NCBI GenBank assembly: GCA_964427275.1 | Contig: CAYRSR010000001.1 | Coordinates: 20,394 to 84,393, forward strand | Direction of reading: 5' to 3' | Source of the DNA: an uncultured Candidatus Saccharibacteria bacterium | Lineage (GTDB): Bacteria > Patescibacteriota > Minisyncoccia > UBA6257 > CAYRSR01 | DNA: 64,000 bases | In this document: positions 56,628-64,000 of the stretch, in pieces | Position numbering within the stretch: the first letter of the stretch is position 1 | How the letters are laid out: each line of letters begins with the position of its first letter | The notes under the pieces: model-generated | Told to the model about the DNA's origin: nothing | Database searches by the model: none | What the model saw: only the letters and a program-made list of their open reading frames with translations | Translations under genes and position numbers: made by a program

Positions 56628-57488
56628 TTACATTATTGTATATCCTATTCCCCAGGCTTTAGGTCCCATGTAGCAGGTAGCAGTACAGCCAATTTCTCCT
56701 TTAATTATTTCAATGTTTTTAAAATTTTGTTTCAGAAGATTTTCTAAATCCTGACTGGCTGGCTGATTATCAATTTCTCCAATCATTGAGATTATAAATT
56801 TACCATTTTTTTCTTTTAAATCCCTTTTAATCTGTTCAACCATTATTTCATTGGCTTGTCTAATTGTTCTAGCTTTACCAAGCGGGCTAACTATTCCTTC
56901 CTGATTTCTAAAGCCAACCAGAGGAATTATTTTAATCAGTGAACCAATTAAAACTTTTGCTTTGCCAATTCGACCTCCTTGATAAAGATACTCCAAATCA
57001 GGTAAAGCTAGAATAGAATTAGTCCGGCTAACAATTTTTTCAGCTTCAGTAAAAATTTCTGAGTCAGTTTTACCTGATTCAACTAGCCGGGCAATTTCTA
57101 TAACAATTAAATCCTTGCCCAGACCAGCTTGTCTTGTATCAATGATTCTTATCTTTGTTTCAGGAAAGTCTTTAATTGCCTGTTTTATGTTTAGATAAGT
57201 AGCCTTGGTTAATTCTTTTGACATTAAAACCAGTAAAATCTGATAGTTCTGCCAGAGGTCCTTAAAAATTCTTGATAGGTCAGCTACACCCGGAGCAGAA
57301 GTTTTAGGAAAACCCCTTTTTTCTTTCAGGTCTCTTAGGAAAACTTCTCTGCTAGTATTGCTTTCCAGGTACTCTTTTCCAGCAAAGTAAATAGGACAAT
57401 TAAAAAGCCTTATATCATATTTTTTTACCAGTTCCTTCGATAAGGCATGTCCATTATCAGTAACAATTTTAATTTTCATTACATTCAT
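56628..57488 (-). CDS. DegV-family fatty-acid-binding protein (FakB-like)
   Basis: N-terminal MKIKIVTDNGHAL...LF and overall DegV length (286 aa). Confidence 0.8.
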   Translation of the reverse strand: MNVMKIKIVTDNGHALSKELVKKYDIRLFNCPIYFAGKEYLESNTSREVFLRDLKEKRGFPKTSAPGVADLSRIFKDLWQNYQILLVLMSKELTKATYLNIKQAIKDFPETKIRIIDTRQAGLGKDLIVIEIARLVESGKTDSEIFTEAEKIVSRTNSILALPDLEYLYQGGRIGKAKVLIGSLIKIIPLVGFRNQEGIVSPLGKARTIRQANEIMVEQIKRDLKEKNGKFIISMIGEIDNQPASQDLENLLKQNFKNIEIIKGEIGCTATCYMGPKAWGIGYTIM

Positions 57489-57490
57489 AA

Positions 57491-59119
57491 TTATTCACAG
57501 GATATTATATAAAAATAATGAGGCTGACCACCAGAGTAAATTTGAACTTCCAGGTCAGGATATTTTGATTTTATAATTTTAGCTAATCTTTCAGCTTCCT
57601 TTTTTGTAACCATTTTACCATAATATAGAGAAAGAAGATGAGAATCTTTTTCTACCATCTTTTCAATTAATTTAATAGTAACTTCATTTAGATCCTCTCC
57701 AGCAACTTCTAGCTTCTCTTCACAAAAACCAAGCTTATCCCCTTTCTTTAAAATACTTTGCTGAAAACTTCTTTCTTCCAGAGAATAGGTAACCAATCCT
57801 GATTTTACTCTTTTTAAAGCCTGGTTCATTGCCATTAAATTTTGTTCTAGATTGTTGTGAGAATTAAAAGATAAGAGAGCTGAAATTCCCTGGGGAATAG
57901 TTTTTGAAGAAACAATATAAACTTTGAACCCACTTAATTTTTCAATTTCTTTTGCAGTAACTAAAACATTTTCATTATTTGGAAGAATAATGACTTCCTC
58001 AGCTTTAGTTTTTTTAATTGCTTTATCTAGATCTCTTACACTTGGATTCATAACATATCTTCCGGTAATTACCACATCTGCACCAAGATTTTTAAAAATT
58101 CTAGTTAATCCGCTTCCCAAAGTTACAGCCACAATACCAATTTTCTTTTCCTTATCCTTTTTTGCCAGAGTGGCTCGTCTTCTAATCATTTTCTCCATGT
58201 CATCTATCTTTTCAGATTTAATTTTCCCCAAGCCAGATAAAAGCTGATGTATTTTTTTGGGATAATTGGTATGAATGTGAATTTTAAACAAATTTCCCGA
58301 CTTAGAAGTGATTAAAGAACTTCCATACTGTTTTAGCTTTTCTTTAATTTCTTCAAATTTTGATTCAGAAGTAGAAATAACTGATTCAAAACAATACTTA
58401 TTTACCAATTCCTCGGTCTTGTATCTAAGTTCTCTTAAAAACTTTGGCAAAAGAGTTGCTTCAGAAACTACTTTTAAAAGAGTTTTTGGCTTTTTATTTA
58501 AATAAGCAGTTATTGCCTCAAGTATAAAAACAAATCCCTGACCACCAGCATCTACTACTCCAGCTTCTTTAAGAACTGGTAAAAGCTCTGGAGTTTCAGC
58601 TAAAGTTTTTTGAGCTTGCTTTAAAGCCTCCGAAAAAATTTTACCTAAATCGTTTTCTTTTTTAGCCAGTTGACTAATTTTTTTAGCAACCTCTCTCATA
58701 ACTGTAAGAATTGTTCCTTCAACCGGCTTTTCTACTGCCCGGTAAGCAGATTGGGCTCCTTTCTCAAATGCTAAACCTAAATCTTTGACAGATAGATATT
58801 CTTTGCCCTGGCAAGCCTCTGAAAATCCTTTTAACCATTGAGACAAAATATTACCTGAACAACCCCGAGCCTCCATTAAACTGGCCCGAGCAATAAGCTG
58901 AGTTGTTTGAGAAAAATCTAACTGAACATTCTTTAATGCTTTAACTGCCCCTTTTAAGGTTAAAGACATATTTATTCCAGTGTCACCATCGGGAACTGGA
59001 AAAACATTAAGCCGGTTTAAAATCTCTTTATTTTTATCCACCCAATCACTGGCAGCTAAAATCAGTTCCTTCAACTGGCTAGCATCTATTTTTCTAACTT
59101 TGGTCATTTCCTGGTTCAT
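57491..59119 (-). CDS. DAK2-domain fusion protein YloV (FakA-like fatty acid kinase catalytic subunit)
   Basis: N-terminal Dak2 domain (VPDGDTGINMSLTLKGAV), central and C-terminal YloV-type domains. 542 aa. Confidence 0.8.
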   Translation of the reverse strand: MNQEMTKVRKIDASQLKELILAASDWVDKNKEILNRLNVFPVPDGDTGINMSLTLKGAVKALKNVQLDFSQTTQLIARASLMEARGCSGNILSQWLKGFSEACQGKEYLSVKDLGLAFEKGAQSAYRAVEKPVEGTILTVMREVAKKISQLAKKENDLGKIFSEALKQAQKTLAETPELLPVLKEAGVVDAGGQGFVFILEAITAYLNKKPKTLLKVVSEATLLPKFLRELRYKTEELVNKYCFESVISTSESKFEEIKEKLKQYGSSLITSKSGNLFKIHIHTNYPKKIHQLLSGLGKIKSEKIDDMEKMIRRRATLAKKDKEKKIGIVAVTLGSGLTRIFKNLGADVVITGRYVMNPSVRDLDKAIKKTKAEEVIILPNNENVLVTAKEIEKLSGFKVYIVSSKTIPQGISALLSFNSHNNLEQNLMAMNQALKRVKSGLVTYSLEERSFQQSILKKGDKLGFCEEKLEVAGEDLNEVTIKLIEKMVEKDSHLLSLYYGKMVTKKEAERLAKIIKSKYPDLEVQIYSGGQPHYFYIISCE

Positions 59120-59194
59120 TGGCTTATCTTCCTCTCATAATTATAATTTAATTATAGTTATAATATTGCAACTGAAATAAATTATCAACCAATT

Positions 59195-59290
59195 TACAAA
59201 ATATGATGCCAATCTACGAATTGCTAATTATCAACGAATTTACGGATAAAAGTTGGAAGTTGGAAGATAGAAGATGACAAATATCTAAAA
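59195..59290. repeat. dispersed intergenic repeat element, copy E (inverted orientation)
   Basis: Its reverse complement, ...CCAACTTCCAACTTTTATCCGTAAATTCGTTGATAATTAGCAATTCGTAGATTGGCATCATAT, matches the conserved core of copies A, B and D. Confidence 0.75.
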
Positions 59291-59395
59291 ACTTATTAAC
59301 AGATTTCACGATCGTAAAAAATGTTAATAAACTGAATCTAGATGTAAATAATGGAATTTAAAAAATGAAAATTGAACTGATTTAAGTTTTAGTTC

Positions 59396-59440
59396 AAAAA
59401 AATTACGTAAAAAATTACGTAATTTTTTACGTAATTTTTT
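59396..59440. promoter_or_regulatory. 45-bp perfect palindrome containing three TTACGTAA boxes at 12-bp spacing
   Basis: AAAAAAATTACGTAAAAAATTACGTAATTTTTTACGTAATTTTTT, with boxes at 59403, 59415 and 59427. Confidence 0.5.
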
Positions 59441-59455
59441 GAATTCTTTTAAAAA

Positions 59456-59482
59456 TATAAGGACTTCGCAAGTCCTTATATT
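59456..59482 (-). terminator. rho-independent terminator downstream of the giant pilin-like gene
   Basis: ATATAAGGACT-tcgca-AGTCCTTATAT (11-bp perfect stem) followed on the minus strand by TTTTTAAAAG. Confidence 0.6.
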
Positions 59483-59547
59483 CAGTAAATTAAAAATGTA
59501 AAAATCAAAATGATTTAATCTACAAAGGAGAATATCTTAATATTTGC

Positions 59548-61503
59548 TTATCTAGTTACTTTCTCCAGTAAAAATTTGTAAATTTCACCAGTTTTTTGAT
59601 TTTCTAAATATAATCCACTTTCATCTTCAAACATCCGCCAGAGAATTTGTCGAGTTTTCTGATCTCTAAAAGTAATGTCTCCTACATCAAAAGCAGCTGC
59701 TTGAATTTTTCCTTCTACATCAAGTTTGTACCCGGTTGCCGGATTTGTTGTCCCAATACCAACGTTGCCACTTGGATCAATTGTTAGATCTGCAACATCA
59801 TCACCGGCACTAAAGGAGAGATCAAGATCCGTCCCTACAGCACCAGTCCTTATCAACACATTCGGTTCAGTTCCTCCAGCTGTCAATACAAAATCAAGTG
59901 CCTTTAGTTCACCTGATGTGTTTTCAGCGATTGCAGATAAAACATATTGAGAAGTGTCCTGTTGACTTCCTTGTACAACCAATTTTGCTCTATCTGGACT
60001 CGTTGTTCCAATGCCAACATTACCGTCATCTTTAATAAACAAGCCTTCTACACCTCCAGATCTAAAAAATCGAAAGCCTCCCCAGTATCTATCTCGCCCC
60101 ATAACCCATTCCTCAGTTGTCCCTTCATTAAAGCCAATCCAGACATCACCACCATCTGGATCAGTCAACCTGAGCTTCCTTTTTGTATTACTTGATTCAC
60201 TAATTTCAAGCTTTGCTCCTGGACTGATTGTTCCGATGCCGACGTTGCCGTCAAAAGTAACTACCAGCTTCCCGCCTCCAGCATCCAGTAATCCGGCCGG
60301 GTTGATTGTTCCGATGCCGACACCGCCTAAGGAATTTACTACAAATCTGCTTGTTGCATCGTTGGAATCTGCTCTTAAAATAGGCTGCTGATAAGAATAA
60401 GAAGTTCCCTCTGGCAAATCAGTAGAAAATGCAGAATCTACAGTTAATGAGGTTTGAGATTCAATTGAAACTATGGTTTTGTATTCATTTCCAGTCCCAG
60501 GGTCGGCAATTAAAATATCTCCTACATTTAATTCGGTTTGGAAGCTGGTGTTATTTCCGGTAACTGTAATATCTGATGAAGAAATTGTTCCGGTTCCGGA
60601 TTGAGCTGCTGTTCCTTTGATATGCAGAACAGAAATTGGTTCAGTCGTTCCAATACCGGTATTTCCAGATGATAATACTATAAATTTTCCTCCGCCAATA
60701 TCTAATAAACCTGAAGGATTCTTAGTTCCTATTCCTACTTTCTTTTGCTTGGTAATTACAAATGGAGGTTCAAGTTCACCAATTCCAGAATGAGGCTCAA
60801 TTTTAAATTTATTTAAATCATCTACATCTACTCCAACAGTAAACTGGTCAGTTGCACCAGCATCAAAAATTAGAGCGGAATCTTCTCCGGTTGGACTAGA
60901 AATTTCTAAATTAGTAAATACACCCTTATCCCAGCGGGAAGCAGAATTCCCTACCGAAAACCAATCATCCTGGTTTGGAATTAAATCTGAATCAAAAGTA
61001 GCAGCTGAAACTTTTCCAATTGCAGTAGTCAAAGTTCTACTAATCTGCATTAAAGGAGAAGGAGAATTATAAGTTAAAGTAATATTTAATTCTACAATTG
61101 CTTTTCCGCCCGGATTTTCATATTTAGTGACCTCAAAATTATCTACTTTTACCCGAGTAGTAGTTAATGAGGTCTTATCCGCAGTTCCCTGCTTTAGATA
61201 AACTGCATTATTATCAGCTGAAATTATAGTTGGGTCAATAGCTGAGTTTCTCATTCTCAGTATTAATTCAGCTGAAGTTTCACCAGGTTTATTTTCAATT
61301 AAACTTGATTGACGAACCAGCCGTTGAATAGTATCCTGCACAAACCGCAATTGAGTAGTAACTTCCGAGCCAGCAGTCAGTCTTTGATGAGCCCTGGTAA
61401 TGCTTAAAAGAATAGCAGTAAAAATGCCTGAAGCAACAGCAAAAATAGCAATATAAATTAACAGCTCCATCAATGTATATCCCTTAAATTTAGATGAAAT
61501 CAT
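59548..61503 (-). CDS. giant pilin-like protein (class III signal peptide + repetitive beta-helix-like C-terminal region)
   Basis: MISSKFKG-YTLMELLIYIAIFAV prepilin N-terminus with Glu+5. Body contains recurring G(N/G)VGIGT(T/I)(N/S/E)P...LLD(A/I)GGGK motifs, at least 5 times. 651 aa. Confidence 0.65.
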   Translation of the reverse strand: MISSKFKGYTLMELLIYIAIFAVASGIFTAILLSITRAHQRLTAGSEVTTQLRFVQDTIQRLVRQSSLIENKPGETSAELILRMRNSAIDPTIISADNNAVYLKQGTADKTSLTTTRVKVDNFEVTKYENPGGKAIVELNITLTYNSPSPLMQISRTLTTAIGKVSAATFDSDLIPNQDDWFSVGNSASRWDKGVFTNLEISSPTGEDSALIFDAGATDQFTVGVDVDDLNKFKIEPHSGIGELEPPFVITKQKKVGIGTKNPSGLLDIGGGKFIVLSSGNTGIGTTEPISVLHIKGTAAQSGTGTISSSDITVTGNNTSFQTELNVGDILIADPGTGNEYKTIVSIESQTSLTVDSAFSTDLPEGTSYSYQQPILRADSNDATSRFVVNSLGGVGIGTINPAGLLDAGGGKLVVTFDGNVGIGTISPGAKLEISESSNTKRKLRLTDPDGGDVWIGFNEGTTEEWVMGRDRYWGGFRFFRSGGVEGLFIKDDGNVGIGTTSPDRAKLVVQGSQQDTSQYVLSAIAENTSGELKALDFVLTAGGTEPNVLIRTGAVGTDLDLSFSAGDDVADLTIDPSGNVGIGTTNPATGYKLDVEGKIQAAAFDVGDITFRDQKTRQILWRMFEDESGLYLENQKTGEIYKFLLEKVTR

Positions 61504-61652
61504 ATTTTAATAATTATATCTTACTCTAGAAAAATTGCAATTATTTGTATAAGATGAGTACATTTTTGATAACTAAATGTCTTCACTTGAAATTTAATGC
61601 ATCTAAATGACTTATATCTTTTTTAAATTAATTTTGGTAAAATAGTATTAAG

Positions 61653-63092
61653 ATGATTTCAATTAAAGACTTCAAAAAAATTAATCCCTGGCTCTGGGAG
61701 ATTCCCAAAAACTTTAGAAAGGATATGAGAGTTCCGGCTAGAATTTATGCATCAGAGAAGCTTTGCAAGGATATTTTCAGAGACCAATCAATTTCCCAGC
61801 TAATCAATACCTCTACTCTACCTGGAATTGTTAAATACGCTATGGCTATGCCAGATATACATGAAGGTTATGGATTTCCAATCGGTGGAGTAGTGGCCAC
61901 TAGAACCTCCGACGGAGTAATTTCTCCTGGAGGAATTGGCTTTGATATTAATTGTGGAGTAAGGTTACTAAAATCAGACTTTACTGCTGAAGAAATAAAA
62001 CCTTATTTAGATAAGTTAGCTCAAGAAATTCAACAGGCAGTTCCTTCAGGTTTGGGTAGAGCTAGAAAAACCAAAATTAGCTTGATCGACTTAAACAAAG
62101 TTTTAAAATATGGAGTTAAAAGTTTACTTGAAAATGGCTATGGAGAAAAAGAAGATTTCGAAAATTGCGAAGCAAATGGAAGCTTAAATTTAGCTGAACC
62201 AGATTTAGTTTCCAATCATGCCAAAGAAAGAGGCAGAAACCAGCTTGGTACTCTTGGTTCAGGAAATCATTTTCTGGAAATTCAGCAAGTAGTTCAAATT
62301 TATGACCAGAAAATAGCTGAAGTTTTTGGGTTGTATTTAAACCAGATAGTAATAATGCTTCATACCGGCTCCAGGGGTTTAGGGCATCAGGTTTGTACCG
62401 ACTACCTAAAAGTAATGAGAAGAGCAGTAGATAAATATAGGATTACTTTACCAGACCGAGAACTTTGTTGCGCTCCATTTAATTCTCCAGAAGGAAGAAA
62501 TTATTTCCGGGCAATGTGTGCAGCAGCAAACTTTGGCTTTTCGAATCGTCAGATGATTACCTACTATGTTCGAAAAGTTTGGAAAAAAGTTTTTGGTAGT
62601 AGAAATCTTAAGCTTTTATATGGAGTAGCTCATAACATTGCTAAAATTGAAAAATATCAGGTTAATGGAAAAACTGAAGAATTATGCGTTCATCGAAAAG
62701 GAGCCACTCGAGCTTTTCCACCAGGAAGTCCGGAAATTCCTGAAAAATACCGAGAAGTTGGCCAGCCAGTATTAATTCCTGGTTCAATGGGAACTTCTTC
62801 ATATGTTTTAGCTGGTACCAAATCTGGAGAACAAGCCTGGTACTCAACCTGTCATGGTTCAGGAAGAACTATGTCCAGGCACCAGGCAATTAAGAGATTT
62901 CCTGGTCGAGAAGTGATAGAAAATTTACAGGCAAAAGGAATCATTGTAAAATACCAGGGATATCGTGGGATAGCCGAAGAAGCACCTGGTGCTTACAAAG
63001 ATGTTGATAAAGTAGTTGAAACAGTTCATCAAAGTGGACTTTCCAGAAAAGTTGCTAAACTCAAGCCACTAGCAGTAATCAAGGGAGAATAA
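61653..63092 (+). CDS. rtcB: RNA-splicing ligase RtcB
   Basis: Metal-binding motifs: MPDIHEGYGFPIGG, GIGFDINCGVR, GSGNHF, and the C-terminal His cluster. 479 aa. Confidence 0.9.
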   Translation: MISIKDFKKINPWLWEIPKNFRKDMRVPARIYASEKLCKDIFRDQSISQLINTSTLPGIVKYAMAMPDIHEGYGFPIGGVVATRTSDGVISPGGIGFDINCGVRLLKSDFTAEEIKPYLDKLAQEIQQAVPSGLGRARKTKISLIDLNKVLKYGVKSLLENGYGEKEDFENCEANGSLNLAEPDLVSNHAKERGRNQLGTLGSGNHFLEIQQVVQIYDQKIAEVFGLYLNQIVIMLHTGSRGLGHQVCTDYLKVMRRAVDKYRITLPDRELCCAPFNSPEGRNYFRAMCAAANFGFSNRQMITYYVRKVWKKVFGSRNLKLLYGVAHNIAKIEKYQVNGKTEELCVHRKGATRAFPPGSPEIPEKYREVGQPVLIPGSMGTSSYVLAGTKSGEQAWYSTCHGSGRTMSRHQAIKRFPGREVIENLQAKGIIVKYQGYRGIAEEAPGAYKDVDKVVETVHQSGLSRKVAKLKPLAVIKGE

Positions 63093-63130
63093 TTAAGTCA
63101 GTAAGATTAGTTAAAGGCTTATGAAAAAGA

Positions 63131-63292
63131 AGATGCCCAAGTCTTTAAGAAAATTTATTCGCAGAAAAAAAGCTGAAATTAGAAGAAAGTTTTTAGATCC
63201 AGAAAAGGCTCAGCAAGAAATTAAAAAATTTTTAGAAACTCTAAAAACTAAAAAAAATAACTTATGCTCGAACAAAAGCTAAAACATGCAAT
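63131..63292 (+). CDS. small basic ORF (about 53 aa), hypothetical
   Basis: ATG 63131 gives MKKKMPKSLRKFIRRKKAEIRRKFLDPEKAQQEIKKFLETLKTKKNNL... It overlaps the start of the next gene in another frame and is not in the ORF track (below the size cut-off). Confidence 0.25.
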
Positions 63293-63824
63293 CTGCATAT
63301 CCGGAACAGCTGATCTAGATGTTTGCAGTGAAGAAACTAAACAAAAAGCTTTTAAAATTGGTAAGGAAATTGCCAAACGAGATTTAATTTTACTTACTGG
63401 GGCTACCACTGGAATTCCTTATCTGGCAGCTCAAGGAGCTAAAAAAGCTGGAGGAATAGTATTTGGCTTCTCTCCAGCTGCCTCAAAGGTCAGTCACTTA
63501 AAAACCTATCATTTACCGATAACTTATCATGATGTAATTGTCTACACTGGATTTGGTTATTCTGGAAGAAATTTATTTTTAATTCGGGCTGCTGACGGAA
63601 TAATCATAATTAACGGAAGAATGGGAACATTAAACGAATTTACCATTGCTTTCGAAGACAAAAAACCAATAGGAGTTTTAACTGGAAGCGGAGGTACAGC
63701 TGATAAGATTGAAAAGATAGTTAAGGAAGCTCACCGGGGTCCAGGAAAAATTGTATACGATTCCAATCCATCCAAACTCCTGGATAAATTAATTAAACAA
63801 ATTGAAGAAGAAGAAAAGCTATAA
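63264..63824 (+). CDS. Rossmann-fold nucleotide-binding protein (TIGR00725/LOG-like family)
   Basis: 186 aa with the pattern AICISGTAD...LLTGATTGIPYLAAQGAKKAGG...IIINGRMGTLNE, typical of SLOG/LOG-like proteins. Confidence 0.45.
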   Translation: MLEQKLKHAICISGTADLDVCSEETKQKAFKIGKEIAKRDLILLTGATTGIPYLAAQGAKKAGGIVFGFSPAASKVSHLKTYHLPITYHDVIVYTGFGYSGRNLFLIRAADGIIIINGRMGTLNEFTIAFEDKKPIGVLTGSGGTADKIEKIVKEAHRGPGKIVYDSNPSKLLDKLIKQIEEEEKL

Positions 63825-64000
63825 CATCTGATGAAATTCATTAATAGCTTGAATTAATTCTTTAAAACTGGTGTTAGTAATATTTAGCTGATTTTCAAAT
63901 TGATAAGCAGATATTGATTTAAATGACTTAAATTTTATTTGTAAAATCTGACGTTTAAACTTTTTGCTTTTATTTTCAGCTTCAAATTTAAGTTTTTCAA
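63819..64000 (-). CDS. hypothetical protein, C-terminal fragment (gene runs off window end)
   Basis: Minus-strand frame is open from position 64000 to the TAG at 63819-63821 (...FKELIQAINEFHQML*). Confidence 0.3.
   Translation of the reverse strand, partial: EKLKFEAENKSKKFKRQILQIKFKSFKSISAYQFENQLNITNTSFKELIQAINEFHQML

Noticed and set aside
57924-60391. Several plus-strand ORFs (57924-58247, 58308-58505, 58980-59180, 59726-60391) antisense to YloV and the giant pilin-like gene
   Set aside because: They are antisense to long well-supported genes. The 59726-60391 set mirrors the repetitive GIGT coding region.

Overview
The window is a low-GC (about 30-35%), densely coded stretch that reads almost entirely on the minus strand. 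Its gene content and rRNA features fit a Candidate Phyla Radiation (Patescibacteria-like) bacterium (inference). Main contents, with all coordinates approximate at the ends:
- Housekeeping genes: rplS with an adjacent tRNA-Leu(GAG); tyrS, metG and glyQS; recA; rpsT; plsY; rtcB; HtpX; LemA; an RluA-family pseudouridine synthase.
- A type IV pilus cluster (13942-19889): PilB, PilC, a minor pilin, a pilin-like protein with cysteine repeat modules, and a major pilin. A second PilB-like ATPase is cut by the window start (1-1512). A second major pilin paralog sits at 52388-52939 next to a stand-alone REC regulator. A 651-aa pilin-like giant protein sits at 59548-61503.
- A 1056-aa LTD/PKD surface protein (19984-23154) with a frameshifted PKD-like fragment just upstream.
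- A roughly 17.5-kb minus-strand glycan locus (27742-45277). It holds a Wzz-like protein, an initiating sugar transferase, GT2 and GT4 glycosyltransferases, Wzm/Wzt ABC export, and a complete WbpA/B/E/D plus 2-epimerase set that implies UDP-ManNAc3NAcA-type sugars. It ends with two paralogous NAD-dependent epimerases whose 5' coding ends are built from tandem heptanucleotide repeats.
- A 16S rRNA gene (minus, about 53450-55270) that is not followed by a 23S. It carries a roughly 320-nt insertion in helix 6 encoding a GIY-YIG endonuclease-like ORF, and it has an atypical 3' tail.
- A fatty-acid-kinase-like cluster (YloV/FakA-like, DegV/FakB-like, PlsY).
- Non-genic structure: a dispersed intergenic repeat family of about 100-170 bp (at least four copies plus variants), heptamer (CCAACWT)n tracts, a triple TTACGTAA palindrome array, and several rho-independent terminators.
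I found no CRISPR array, transposase or prophage.
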